This document shows, piece by piece, positions 1 through 10,203 of a DNA stretch of 34,092 bases (position 1 is the stretch's first letter; every line of letters starts with the position of its first letter). The notes beneath the pieces are model-generated. The model was given only the letters and a program-made list of their open reading frames with translations, was not told the DNA's origin and made no database searches. A program made the position numbers and the translations under genes. The stretch is from a virus (lineage: Duplodnaviria > Caudoviricetes). The stretch lies in IMG/VR virus record IMGVR_UViG_3300034965_000059, positions 1-34,092 of that record; one strand, 5' to 3'.

Positions 1-127
1 CTGGAAGATATTGCATGGCCATCCCAAAGCAATTCACGCGGGAAAACTTAACCCGAGAGCGTTGGGAAAGGGGCAGGCTTAGTTACAAATTCCACGACGG
101 ACAGCGTAAGATCGAGGCAGCTTTTGC
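1..127. repeat. Terminal direct repeat, copy 1 (circular assembly overlap)
   Basis: Identical to 33966-34092. 127 is a common assembler k-mer length. Confidence 0.95.
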
Positions 128-1502
128 TGCAAAAAAAACCCAACTTTTTGTAGGAGAATTATCCAGGCAGTTTGGAAAGACATTCTGGCTTGTGACTAAA
201 GCTTTAGAGAAGGCATTTCAGAAAAAAAATGCGAAAGCTAAAATTGGCACTGCGTTTCAAACGGATTTACTCGAATTCATCCTTCCCACTTTTGACGTGG
301 TTATGGAGGACTGCCCCGATGATCTACGCCCTGTCTGGAAGAGCCAACAAGCTAAGTTTATTGTCCCAAGTACAAAGTCAGAAATAAAACTTATCGGTTT
401 AGACCGTAAGCCTAATGGGATGAGGGGAAATTTATTAGATTTTATCGGGCTAGACGAAGCAGGATTCATGTCGAGGCTTGATTACCTTTATAAGTCAGTC
501 ATAATTCCGGCAACGACCCACCGACCCGATTGCGATATTGTCGTTCTCTCAACTCCTCCTGATACTCCCGCTCATGAGTTCCTTGATTACGTTCAGAAGG
601 CTGAAATGGAGGGGGGATATCTGAAGTTGACGATCCGCGACAATCCTATGGTCGATGAAGCTACGATCAAACGATTGATCTTAGAATCCGGTGGGGAACA
701 TTCGACGACATGGCGCAGGGAGTATCTCGTAGAGCACGTGACAGACGCCAATCTCGCGATCATTTCCGATTGGAAAGATGAATATGTACAGGCCATTCCA
801 CGCGATGAATACTATGGTTTTTACCACAAGTACGTTCAAATGGACTTAGGTGTGTCAGACCACACGGCTGCTGTGTTTTCCTATTATGATTTTTTAAAAG
901 GACAGTTTATTATTGAGGATGAATTCGTGATCTCGGGGCCTCAGATGAACACAAACATTCTCCAGGCCCACCTCAAGCATCGGGAGCTCAAGAATTGGGG
1001 TGAGAATTATAAGGTCACTGTTCAAGACAACGAGAAAATATCCGATTGCGAAATTGATGCAGTAAATGAGGCTTGGAAACAAAATACGCCCAAAGTGTTC
1101 GTAAGGCTTTCGGATAATAACAATCCACTCCTCTTACAAGACTTGTCCTTGCTCCACGGCATTCATTTTATCCCTACCGACAAGGGGAGGCTTTCCGAGA
1201 TGGTGAACGCTGTGAAAATAATGGTGAGAGCGGGTGAAATAATTGTCCACCCTGATTGTCTCCAAACAAAGGGCTGTTTGAAATATGGAGTGTGGGACAA
1301 AAATCGCCAAAAATTTGCGCACTCAAAAGTCTATGGCCATTTTGATGCGCTTGCGGCTGTGATTTACGGGATCCGTAACCTAAACAAATTTGATAATCCA
1401 ATCCCTCAAGATTATGGAGCCGATCGTAATAACCAAGTGGTCTTTCCCTATGTAAATGGCTCCCAAAGTGTTAAAGCGTTAAAAAATGCTTTCCGACTGT
1501 GA
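15..1502 (+). CDS. terL: Terminase large subunit
   Basis: Walker A-like SRQFGKT, Walker B FIGLDEAGF, motif III STP, nuclease motifs MDLG and HFDALAA. Lies directly upstream of the portal. Confidence 0.93.
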   Translation: MAIPKQFTRENLTRERWERGRLSYKFHDGQRKIEAAFAAKKTQLFVGELSRQFGKTFWLVTKALEKAFQKKNAKAKIGTAFQTDLLEFILPTFDVVMEDCPDDLRPVWKSQQAKFIVPSTKSEIKLIGLDRKPNGMRGNLLDFIGLDEAGFMSRLDYLYKSVIIPATTHRPDCDIVVLSTPPDTPAHEFLDYVQKAEMEGGYLKLTIRDNPMVDEATIKRLILESGGEHSTTWRREYLVEHVTDANLAIISDWKDEYVQAIPRDEYYGFYHKYVQMDLGVSDHTAAVFSYYDFLKGQFIIEDEFVISGPQMNTNILQAHLKHRELKNWGENYKVTVQDNEKISDCEIDAVNEAWKQNTPKVFVRLSDNNNPLLLQDLSLLHGIHFIPTDKGRLSEMVNAVKIMVRAGEIIVHPDCLQTKGCLKYGVWDKNRQKFAHSKVYGHFDALAAVIYGIRNLNKFDNPIPQDYGADRNNQVVFPYVNGSQSVKALKNAFRL

Positions 1503-1511
1503 GGAATTTCA

Positions 1512-3527
1512 ATGAAAAAAACTTCAAATAACCTCGAGTATTTTGCAGCCATTCCGCCGGAAGAATCCGATAGGCTCGCCGACGAGATGCGCGAGAAGAT
1601 CCGCATATGGCGGAAGCATTGCGATGCACAAGGGTTCACATCCCTGTGGTCTAGAAAATTAAGAAATTATTATGGTAGCAGCATTAGTGGAAGCTCCTCC
1701 CAAACATTGACACGCGGTGGTTCAGAGGGTGAGCTGACCATGGTCAAAGTAAATGATTTGCACTCACTCATTCAGGAGCAGCTTGTCATTGTCACGTCGC
1801 AAAGACCCGCAGGTGTAGCAAAAGCCATCAATAGCGACACGAAGTCTCTGAAAGCAGCACGCATAGGGACCGCGATCGCCGAATATTATATGTCCCAAGG
1901 AGGATTTGAGGGGAAGTTCGTCAATGGGACAGAGGCAGCACTTTTGTGTGACGAATCTTTCTTTGAAATTTTCTGGGATAAGAGTGCTGGTGATCCCATA
2001 GCTGTCGACCCTGATTCTCAGAAGCCTGTTATGTCGGGTGACGCACTGTTAAGAGTTCACTGCACTTGGAATGTGGCGCGTGATATCGGCGCGACCATTG
2101 AGTCAAATAACTGGTACATCGTGTCGTACAAAATGAACAAATTCGACGCGGCTGCTAGCTACGATCGATTCTATGACCACATCATTTCGATCGGTGATGA
2201 TGACTTGCATCCGCTCCCCATGAATACTATTCCGGAAGGGTCTGACGAAATTTACGTCCACCTTTTAATTCATGACCGTACCCCTTCAGTTCAAAATGGT
2301 CGGTATGCGTTAATGATTGGGGATAAAATCGTAGTAGATTCGGCGCTTCCCTATAAAGACTTTCCTGTAGAAAGAATGGCGCCCAGCGACGTGATTGATG
2401 GCAACATGGGCTATGCCTCAGCAAACGACATTCTTGCTCTAGAAGAAATAACCGACGCATTGCATAGTATTGTCACAACCAACCAGGTTTCGCTAGGCGG
2501 GCAGTGCATAGTCGGACCAGAGGGTGCAAATATTAAGGTGTCTGATCTGGCAAAAGGGGTTCGGTATTTTGAGCTACCACCTGACCTTGTAGACAAGTTG
2601 AAACCCCTTCAATTGGCCAGAACACCACCGGAGATTTTTAATTATATTGGAATGCTGAATGAGAAAAAGGGCAAGGCTGTGGGATCCGTATCCGGCATTC
2701 TAAGTCAACAAGCTGCGCAAGGTGCATCTGGTTCCTCAATGGCACTGATTCAGACTCAGGCCATTTCCTATAATTCAGGAACGCAGCGGAGTTTTTTCAA
2801 AACAATGGGTGGTGTGATGACCAAGCTCATTGGAGTGCTACGCGTCTATGCAGATACTCCCAGAGTTGCTTCCATTGTTGGGAAGACTAAAAGTGCAGGG
2901 CTCAAAGAATTTAAATATACAGGCCACGATCTTGGCAGCATCTCCTCAATTGTTTACGAAATTGTGAATCCTATTTTCCAAACCTATGGCGGTCGTTTGA
3001 CAGCTGCTCAAGACCTCTTAAAAGCCGGTCAAATCAAGAGCCCAAAACAGTACATCAATCTTGTGGCGACAGGACAGGCCGATGTGTTCGATCAGGATGA
3101 CGAGGCCGATGGCTTATTAATACTTGAGGAAAACGAATGGTTAATGGAAGGGAAACCTGTCCGTCCATTGATCACGCAGCAGCATGCCGATCATATTAAA
3201 AGCCACACGAGTCAAATTACTTTAGAGGCACAGGTTGAGGATCCAGATTTTGTTGGACGAGTGTTGGATCATATCCAAGAGCACATCAATCTATGGCAAC
3301 AAGCCTCTGCATCTAATCCAGGCATTCTCATGGCCACAAACCAACAGCCTCTCATGCCTCCACCTCCTCAGATGCCACCGCCTCAAGTCGGCGCACCTGT
3401 CGGAGCACCAGGACTTGGCCCTCCTCCCGTCGCTCAAAAAGCCGCAGGGGTAACAGAGCCTAACTTGCCAAATTTACCAGGGACAACCGAGAAACCCACC
3501 ATTCCAGGGGTGACGGATGTTGTCTAA
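1512..3527 (+). CDS. Portal protein
   Basis: 671 aa directly after terL, with a Pro/Gln-rich tail typical of podovirus-type portals. SD GAGG. Confidence 0.82.
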   Translation: MKKTSNNLEYFAAIPPEESDRLADEMREKIRIWRKHCDAQGFTSLWSRKLRNYYGSSISGSSSQTLTRGGSEGELTMVKVNDLHSLIQEQLVIVTSQRPAGVAKAINSDTKSLKAARIGTAIAEYYMSQGGFEGKFVNGTEAALLCDESFFEIFWDKSAGDPIAVDPDSQKPVMSGDALLRVHCTWNVARDIGATIESNNWYIVSYKMNKFDAAASYDRFYDHIISIGDDDLHPLPMNTIPEGSDEIYVHLLIHDRTPSVQNGRYALMIGDKIVVDSALPYKDFPVERMAPSDVIDGNMGYASANDILALEEITDALHSIVTTNQVSLGGQCIVGPEGANIKVSDLAKGVRYFELPPDLVDKLKPLQLARTPPEIFNYIGMLNEKKGKAVGSVSGILSQQAAQGASGSSMALIQTQAISYNSGTQRSFFKTMGGVMTKLIGVLRVYADTPRVASIVGKTKSAGLKEFKYTGHDLGSISSIVYEIVNPIFQTYGGRLTAAQDLLKAGQIKSPKQYINLVATGQADVFDQDDEADGLLILEENEWLMEGKPVRPLITQQHADHIKSHTSQITLEAQVEDPDFVGRVLDHIQEHINLWQQASASNPGILMATNQQPLMPPPPQMPPPQVGAPVGAPGLGPPPVAQKAAGVTEPNLPNLPGTTEKPTIPGVTDVV

Positions 3528-3545
3528 ACCAACCGAGGGAAACAA

Positions 3546-4475
3546 ATGACTGATCAGCCGACGAATTCACCTGCACCTACTCCCGCTTCTGAAACACCGA
3601 ATCAACTGACTGCAAACCCATCAGAGTCGGGAGAAAAGGTTGATCAGTCAACCCATTCAGAACCCGCGGAGTCAAAGCCTGAAGAATATTTCGACGTAAA
3701 GGTAAATGGTCGAAATATTAAGATGACTCGCCAAGAGGTCATTGACCATGCCTCTATGAGCCATGCAGCCAATGACAAATTCAATGAAGCGAAGCGGACA
3801 CGGCAAGAGGTGGACAAGATCTTATCGAGGGCGAAATCTAACCCGCTCGAGGCCTTAATGGATCCAGCTTTAGGATTGACCCGCGATCAGCTCCGCGATG
3901 CTGTGGAAAAATGGTATTCGAAAGAGTTCATAGAGCCCGAAGCACTCAGCCCTGAAGAAAGAAAAATGAAGGAGTATGAGGAAAGAATTAAGGGTTACGA
4001 GACTCAGGAGAAAGAAAAAAAAGAGCAGGCGGAACGTGAGGCTGAGGAAAAAATGACTTCCCATCAGCGGGAATTCCTACAGGGTCAGATCATAGAAGCG
4101 TTAGAGAAATCTAATCTTCCAAAAACAAAAGAGACTGTTCGAAAAATGGCTTTTTACATGCGTCAAAATTTAGTGAATGGCTGGGACGCCCCTATGGAAA
4201 TGATAATCAGGCAGGTCAAAAATGAGAGACAGAACAGTGTGAGAGATGAAGTGTCAAATTCTAACGCTGAGCAATTGATTGACCTGTTTGGAGAAGAGCT
4301 TATAAATAAAATTAGGCAACACGACCTAAAACAGCTCCGAGATCGACGCAATTTACCACCTGTTGATACAGACAGAGGGCCTAGAGGCGGGGGCACAGGC
4401 CCAATGCCGGGAGAAAGGTTGTCATCCCGCGATGTAAATAACCGACTGAAGGAAATGCGTCTGGGGAAAATTTGA
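3546..4475 (+). CDS. Capsid scaffolding protein
   Basis: Acidic disordered N-terminus, VKVNG motif, charged coiled coil. Lies between portal and MCP. Confidence 0.78.
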   Translation: MTDQPTNSPAPTPASETPNQLTANPSESGEKVDQSTHSEPAESKPEEYFDVKVNGRNIKMTRQEVIDHASMSHAANDKFNEAKRTRQEVDKILSRAKSNPLEALMDPALGLTRDQLRDAVEKWYSKEFIEPEALSPEERKMKEYEERIKGYETQEKEKKEQAEREAEEKMTSHQREFLQGQIIEALEKSNLPKTKETVRKMAFYMRQNLVNGWDAPMEMIIRQVKNERQNSVRDEVSNSNAEQLIDLFGEELINKIRQHDLKQLRDRRNLPPVDTDRGPRGGGTGPMPGERLSSRDVNNRLKEMRLGKI

Positions 4476-4500
4476 CAAAACATGCAAACAAAAATACCCT
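4472..4500 (+). promoter_or_regulatory. Sigma70-like promoter for MCP
   Basis: TTGACA (4472-77), 17-bp spacer, TACCCT (4495-4500), followed by a structured leader. Confidence 0.45.
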
Positions 4501-4680
4501 ACGAATCAGCACCACTAGGGTAGTTTTAAAGCCTGGTTAAGCTGAGGGCCATCAACCATAACCGTGAAACTCGGCTGGATTGATCAAGCGAGCTGACTGG
4601 CCATTTAAAATCCTATGCGTCAAAATTAACTTTAATTTTAACCGTGAACACAAAGTGTTTACACATAGGATGGATATAAA

Positions 4681-5919
4681 ATGGCTGTAGCAAATGATCC
4701 CGTAACGATGGCAGGAAATTTTAAAAACCTCTACCAAGACAGCGGATTGATTAACGCAATTCCTTCTTGGATGATTCTCCAAGATCGATTCCCCTTTGAA
4801 GAAGCAGAAGCGGGCCTTGGCCAGTTTTATGTTTTTGGGGTGGTCCTTCAGCGGGAACAAGGATTTACGTACGCCCCTTCGTCTGGGAGCGGATCTGGTG
4901 TGCAAACTTTGAATGCGGCGGTCGCTGGCTACATCGGCCAGGCCCAAGTTGAGGGATATGCCATCTACATGCGTAGCCGACTTTCGTATGATGCGGCCGC
5001 GAAAGCTTCTCGTGCTGGCAAGAAAGCATTCGCTCAAGCTTATGGTGCAGTATTGAAGAATATGAAGGAGTCACATCAATTCCGTTTGGAATTATCTCTC
5101 CTTTACGGCCGAGATGGGCTTGGAATTGTTTCGACGAACACAACAGGTGCATTAGTCCTGACAACTGACAGCTGGGCCACTGGAATCTGGGCAAGTGGGA
5201 TGAAAGGGGCCCTGCTTGAGGCATTCACAGGCACCGGGGCAACAGTTACGCAGCATGACGGAGATTTGACTGTATCCGGTGTAGCCATTGCGACAAAAAC
5301 AATCACAGTAACAGGGACGAGTACATCAGTAGTAGCAAATGATGTTCTTTATTTCAAAGGTGCCAGAACAACCACGACTTACCGAGAGTGCGCAGGTCTG
5401 TTCAGGATCATGTCAAATACCGGCTCACTTTTTAACATTGATGCTGCGACCTATGAGCTCTGGGCCGGTCAATCCTATGCGGTGTCAGGGAACCTAACCT
5501 TGACAGCCATCATGAATGCATCCGCTCTCGGGATGGCATTCGGCTTAGAGAAAGCAATTCTCATTTGTGCTCCTGAGAAATTCGCCCAACTCGCAAGCGA
5601 CGAGGCAGCTTTAAGACGCTACGTGTCGGACTCCACAAAAACTAAACGTGGTGTGAAAGGAATTTCTTTCCTCATGGGCAATGTGGAAACCGAAATCCTT
5701 CCTCATCCTTTGTGCAAACAATCACACGCGATGATGATTAACGAGGATTCTGTACATCGTGTCGGAAGTACGGATGTCACGTTTTCCATGCCCGGCTCGT
5801 CTGAGCCAATGACCGTGCACGTCACCGATTCTACAGCCATTGAGCTGAGATCGATGTCGGACCAGGCCCTATATTCCGATCAGCCTGCTGCGATGGTTTT
5901 GTTGACTGGAATCACCTAA
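4681..5919 (+). CDS. Major capsid protein
   Basis: 412 aa after the scaffold, followed by a terminator. Size and position fit an HK97-fold MCP. Confidence 0.82.
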   Translation: MAVANDPVTMAGNFKNLYQDSGLINAIPSWMILQDRFPFEEAEAGLGQFYVFGVVLQREQGFTYAPSSGSGSGVQTLNAAVAGYIGQAQVEGYAIYMRSRLSYDAAAKASRAGKKAFAQAYGAVLKNMKESHQFRLELSLLYGRDGLGIVSTNTTGALVLTTDSWATGIWASGMKGALLEAFTGTGATVTQHDGDLTVSGVAIATKTITVTGTSTSVVANDVLYFKGARTTTTYRECAGLFRIMSNTGSLFNIDAATYELWAGQSYAVSGNLTLTAIMNASALGMAFGLEKAILICAPEKFAQLASDEAALRRYVSDSTKTKRGVKGISFLMGNVETEILPHPLCKQSHAMMINEDSVHRVGSTDVTFSMPGSSEPMTVHVTDSTAIELRSMSDQALYSDQPAAMVLLTGIT

Positions 5920-5938
5920 TATTCTATTTCGATTGTTT

Positions 5939-5977
5939 GGGGACTTATGGCAAGCGACATGTCATAGGTCCCCTTTT
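5939..5977 (+). terminator. Intrinsic terminator after MCP
   Basis: 14-bp stem GGGGACTTATGGCA/TGTCATAGGTCCCC (with G-U pairs) plus TTTT. Confidence 0.75.
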
Positions 5978-5999
5978 AAATTTGAAGGGATCTGAAAAC

Positions 6000-6566
6000 A
6001 TGAGCGTCTTAAATATAAAAGTTACGACAAAACGGCCAGACAGTTATTTGAAAACTTTGTTTCAGGGCACAAAAGGCAACCACACGATTATTAATTCACT
6101 GACAAATTTTTTAAGTGGAATTGCTACAGGATCCGAGAGCCCTGAAAGCTCCACCTCTCCGCTTTCGGTTCATTTATCTGTTCAAGGACAAGCCACGCGT
6201 GCAAGTGGAACAATCACTTTCACCGGAGCCTCTACGGCAAATGACACGGTAATTATTAACGGTGCGACATTCACTTGCGTTGCGAGTGGTGCAACCGGCG
6301 ATCAGTGGGTGCCAGGTGCAACCGCTACAACATCCGCCGCAAACCTTGCAGCCGCTATAAACGCATCTGTGACGGCTCTTGTTGCCGGATATGTCACAGC
6401 TGCGAATGTGGCAGGTGTTTTGACAGTCTACAGCGCATTTTACGGGATCGCAGGGAATCAGACAACGATTGCAGAGGGAGTAGATGCAGGATCTAAAATG
6501 GCTGTATCCGGAGCTAAGTTGACCGGCGGTGCAGCGGATGCGACAGCAAAAAACTTGAGCTTTTGA
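6000..6566 (+). CDS. Virion structural/decoration protein
   Basis: ATG at 6000 after the terminator (preferred over the 5937 start). Ala/Thr/Gly-rich beta domain (ASGTITF...AANLAAAINA...LTGG). Confidence 0.6.
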   Translation: MSVLNIKVTTKRPDSYLKTLFQGTKGNHTIINSLTNFLSGIATGSESPESSTSPLSVHLSVQGQATRASGTITFTGASTANDTVIINGATFTCVASGATGDQWVPGATATTSAANLAAAINASVTALVAGYVTAANVAGVLTVYSAFYGIAGNQTTIAEGVDAGSKMAVSGAKLTGGAADATAKNLSF

Positions 6567-6586
6567 TTTAAGAAAGTGGTGAGAGC

Positions 6587-8605
6587 GTGGCTATAGCGGT
6601 CCTTTTTAACGGTACTGTTTATTCAATTCCAGAAACAGGTGATGAATCCTGGGGCACGAATCTCACCACTTATTTATCTGCAATTTCCCAAGGCGCTCTT
6701 CAAAAGACCGGTGGGAATTTCACTCTGACAGCTGATTTAAATTTGGGAGCTAATTACGGGCTCCTATCGCAATTCTTTTCAAGCCGGACAGCATTGCCTT
6801 CGACCGCAGGAATTGTACGGCTTGCGGTAGCGGATTCTATTGGCTGGAGAAACAACGCAAATGGTGCGAATTTACTCCTTGCGGTTAATGGATCCAATCA
6901 ACTCACTTTCAACGGTGTTGTCCTTGAGAGTTTGGGTGCTTCGATTCCAGAATCACAGGTTACGAATCTTGTGGCTGACCTCGCTTTGAAGGCTCCGATT
7001 GCATCGCCTACTTTCACAGGCGTAGTAACCTCTCCTTCTTTTGTCGGTCCTCTAACAGGCCTTGCCTCGAGTGCTACGACCTCGGTGAGTTTAAGCGGTT
7101 CGATCACGGAATCTCAAGTCACAAATTTAGTCTCTGATCTTGCTTTGAAAGCACCCTTAATTTCTCCAAGCTTTACCACTCCTGCTCTCGGAACTCCTGC
7201 GTCGGGTATAATGACAAACGTAACAGGGACAGCCGCAGGTTTGACCGCAGGAAACGCGACACTTGCAGCAGGTCTTTCCGCAGACATTCCAGAGAGTCGA
7301 GTTACGAATCTGGTCTCAGATCTTGCCCTTAAATCTCCTTTGGCCAATCCAACTTTTACAGGAACGGTGGTTATTCCAACTCCATTCACTATAGGAGCTG
7401 TGTCACTTACAACCACGGCGACAAAACTTAATTATCTCACCTCAGCTACTGGAACGACTGGAACAGTCAGTACAAATATAGTTTTCTCAACAAGTCCTAC
7501 CCTTATCACTCCTATACTCGGAACTCCGCAGTCGGGATTGCTAACTTCATGCACAGGGCTACCTCTCACCACAGGCGTTACAGGAACACTTCCTATCGCT
7601 AATGGAGGTACTGGACAGACAACCGCAAACGCTGGTTTCAATGCGTTGTCTCCAATGACTACTGGTGGAGATTTAATTTACGGTGGTGCTTCAGGCGTTG
7701 CGACTCGATTACCTAATGGGACAGCTGGGCAAGTGCTTAGTTCTAACGGGACAACTCTTCCACCTACATGGATTCCTGCAGGCGGCACCGGAACTGTAAC
7801 CTCAGTCTCCTTAACCGTTCCTTCGATTCTAAGTGTCGCGGGTTCTCCTGTTACTACTACTGGCACTCTTGCGGTTACACTTTCAACTCAAACAGCGAGA
7901 ACATTTCTACAAGGGCCGCAATCAGGCTCTGCAGCAACGCCAACATTTGCAGCTTTAACTCCTCCTACAATTCAAAAATTTACATCAGGCTCTGGGACAT
8001 ACACCACGCCTACAAGCCCAGCTCCAATTTATATAATAGTTCAGATGGTCGGCGGCGGTGGAGGTGGTGGCGGTAGTGGAACGTCTCTTACAGCAGGGAC
8101 TATAGGCGGAAATAGTACCTTTGGAACTACTCTATTAGTAGCTAACGGAGGTTCCGGAGGCCCATCTGGTCTAGGAGCTGGGGGTGCTGGTGGAACTGCT
8201 TCTTTGGGTACTGGTCCAATTGGAATAGCTTTGCAAGGTGGATCTGGTAATGGCGGATCAGGAACAGGAAGCTCCACACAATATGCTGGTGGAAGTATGG
8301 GGGGAAATTCCCCATTCGGAGGAGCCGGTGTCGGTTCCTTGCCAGGTGCAGGTACGGCAGCAATAGCGAATACAGGATCAGGCGGAGGTGGAGCTGGAGC
8401 CGCTAATGGAGCTGGTATCTATTCTGGTATGGCAGGCGGAGCAGGCGGATACGTGAAAGCGATTATTTCAGGTGCATACCTCACGGCTACTTTTCCATAT
8501 GTAGTCGGTGGTTCTGGGGCTGGGGGCGGGGCCGGAGCTGGCGGTGGAACTGCGGGTGGAGCGGGTGGCTCTGGGGTTATAATTGTAAAAGAATACTACC
8601 AATAG
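6587..8605 (+). CDS. Tail fibre protein with Gly-rich C-terminal domain
   Basis: Three I(P/T)ES(Q/R)VTNLV.DLALK.P...P.FT repeats, a GTLPIANGGTG motif and a Gly-rich C-terminus ending GGSGVIIVKEY. Confidence 0.8.
   Translation: MAIAVLFNGTVYSIPETGDESWGTNLTTYLSAISQGALQKTGGNFTLTADLNLGANYGLLSQFFSSRTALPSTAGIVRLAVADSIGWRNNANGANLLLAVNGSNQLTFNGVVLESLGASIPESQVTNLVADLALKAPIASPTFTGVVTSPSFVGPLTGLASSATTSVSLSGSITESQVTNLVSDLALKAPLISPSFTTPALGTPASGIMTNVTGTAAGLTAGNATLAAGLSADIPESRVTNLVSDLALKSPLANPTFTGTVVIPTPFTIGAVSLTTTATKLNYLTSATGTTGTVSTNIVFSTSPTLITPILGTPQSGLLTSCTGLPLTTGVTGTLPIANGGTGQTTANAGFNALSPMTTGGDLIYGGASGVATRLPNGTAGQVLSSNGTTLPPTWIPAGGTGTVTSVSLTVPSILSVAGSPVTTTGTLAVTLSTQTARTFLQGPQSGSAATPTFAALTPPTIQKFTSGSGTYTTPTSPAPIYIIVQMVGGGGGGGGSGTSLTAGTIGGNSTFGTTLLVANGGSGGPSGLGAGGAGGTASLGTGPIGIALQGGSGNGGSGTGSSTQYAGGSMGGNSPFGGAGVGSLPGAGTAAIANTGSGGGGAGAANGAGIYSGMAGGAGGYVKAIISGAYLTATFPYVVGGSGAGGGAGAGGGTAGGAGGSGVIIVKEYYQ
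6944..7363 (+). repeat. Three ~26-aa intragenic repeats in the fibre gene
   Basis: Copies at ~6944, ~7104 and ~7286, conserved in protein and diverged at synonymous positions. Confidence 0.8.
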
Positions 8606-8614
8606 GGGATATAA

Positions 8615-8938
8615 ATGTTTGAACTACTTATAAAAAAACTTGATGGCAGTATTCATTGGAAAGAGCATTTTAATACTATTGAAGATGCTCAAAAATGGAT
8701 AACAGAAGAACAGACGCGCACCTATTGGGACGCAACAAACACTTTTGAAATCACAGATAAAACACCTCCTCCTATGAGTGATGCTGACAAAGCAGTTATT
8801 GCTGCGAAAGACACCCAAGTAAATACATTCAAACAACGCATCAAAGCTCTCGCGAATCAGCCTGATCTAACAGCCGCAGAAATAAAAGAAGCAATTTTTA
8901 AATATATTAAGATGAAAGTAATGCAGGGAGAATTATGA
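8615..8938 (+). CDS. Hypothetical protein, possible fibre assembly chaperone
   Basis: 107 aa directly after the fibre gene, with SD GGGG. Confidence 0.55.
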   Translation: MFELLIKKLDGSIHWKEHFNTIEDAQKWITEEQTRTYWDATNTFEITDKTPPPMSDADKAVIAAKDTQVNTFKQRIKALANQPDLTAAEIKEAIFKYIKMKVMQGEL

Positions 8939-9282
8939 ACGCAATGAAGCTTAAGATTCTAAATGAACTAATTGACCATTTATCAGCATCTCAGGGGGGA
9001 GATTTAAAATCTATGCTCGATGAATCAAAAAAGCCAAACCCTTTGGCAAGTGGGGACGGTGATGACGAGGAAGGGCTAAAAGACAAATTCGGGAATCCAA
9101 TTAAGCCTAAAGGCATTGCCATTGAAAAGATCTCTGTGATGGGAAAACCAAAGCCTGATATTTCTGACATCGTTAATAAGAAAGCGCCTGGGATGTTTCC
9201 GGAAGAGCCAGAGGGTGCAGATGATGAAAAGGAAATGAATGATGACGAGCTTAAGGAATTGATCGCAAAATACTTGAGGTGA
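8935..9282 (+). CDS. Hypothetical protein
   Basis: ATGA overlap with the previous gene, SD GGGAG, charged 115 aa. Confidence 0.7.
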   Translation: MNAMKLKILNELIDHLSASQGGDLKSMLDESKKPNPLASGDGDDEEGLKDKFGNPIKPKGIAIEKISVMGKPKPDISDIVNKKAPGMFPEEPEGADDEKEMNDDELKELIAKYLR

Positions 9283-9285
9283 TTG

Positions 9286-10203
9286 ATGGGTAATACCTGG
9301 ACCTCGGCGGATCTGATTAACGACATTCTTCTCCTGGGGCACGTCCCTACAGGAAACAATACTTTTACCCCTGCGAAAATTTTAAGGCTCGCCACGCTTG
9401 AGCTTCAAACTCCTGTCATGAAACAAATTCTTTCGACGCGCGGTGGCTACTATCTGGCCTATGCAGATCAAACCGTGACAGCAGATGGCCTTTATCCCAT
9501 TCCCTCTGATGCGATTGCAGGCTCTCTTGTCAATATTGAGCTAATTTCTGGGCAGACAATCATTCAATGCAACCTTGTGGATGAGTCCGAGCAGATGTCT
9601 ACCGATTCTCCGACCTCCACCTCTTATAGTGTTTTCATGAAAGGCAATTTCATCCAAATTTTGCCGATGCCCACTTTTGGGACTGTGCGGGTATGGTACT
9701 CCAAGCGCACAAGCGACCTAATTTTGACAAGCGCAGCATCTAAAATTAATGCGATCAATGCGGCCGTGGTTACTGTCAGCAGCATCCCATCGACCATTAC
9801 CAATGGGATGACGGTGGACGCTTGCGGTGATCAGCCACCTTTCAATATTTTGGGCACTCGGACGATTACCAACATCACAGGCACGGACATCACTTTAGAC
9901 ACGGCGGTTGATGATTTGGCGGTAGGTGATTGGTTGGCTTTGGAAGGGCAGACCCCAATTCCACAAATTCCTGTCGAGTACCGGGTCATTTTGGCTCAAA
10001 GAGTTGTTTGTAAGATATACGAGTTGCAAGGCTACGACTCCAAAATGAAGCTCGCGACTATGAAGCTCCAGGAATATGAAAAAGACATCATGAATCTTGT
10101 GACTCCGCGAGTGAAGAGTCAGACCAAGACCATTAACGCAATTCAAGGTGGGTTTCTAAGCGGCGCTGCATCACGATTTTCTAAGTTCCCGGCGGGTGCA
10201 TGA
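9286..10203 (+). CDS. Head-tail adaptor-like protein
   Basis: Position before the nozzle gene. Y.IP.D and P.IP.EY...L patterns resemble podovirus adaptors. Confidence 0.6.
   Translation: MGNTWTSADLINDILLLGHVPTGNNTFTPAKILRLATLELQTPVMKQILSTRGGYYLAYADQTVTADGLYPIPSDAIAGSLVNIELISGQTIIQCNLVDESEQMSTDSPTSTSYSVFMKGNFIQILPMPTFGTVRVWYSKRTSDLILTSAASKINAINAAVVTVSSIPSTITNGMTVDACGDQPPFNILGTRTITNITGTDITLDTAVDDLAVGDWLALEGQTPIPQIPVEYRVILAQRVVCKIYELQGYDSKMKLATMKLQEYEKDIMNLVTPRVKSQTKTINAIQGGFLSGAASRFSKFPAGA

Noticed and set aside
5405-5413. Self-target of the putative guide in MCP (GGATCATGT)
   Set aside because: Only 9 nt match, which is plausible by chance in 34 kb, and no recognisable TAM precedes it. My search was by eye only.
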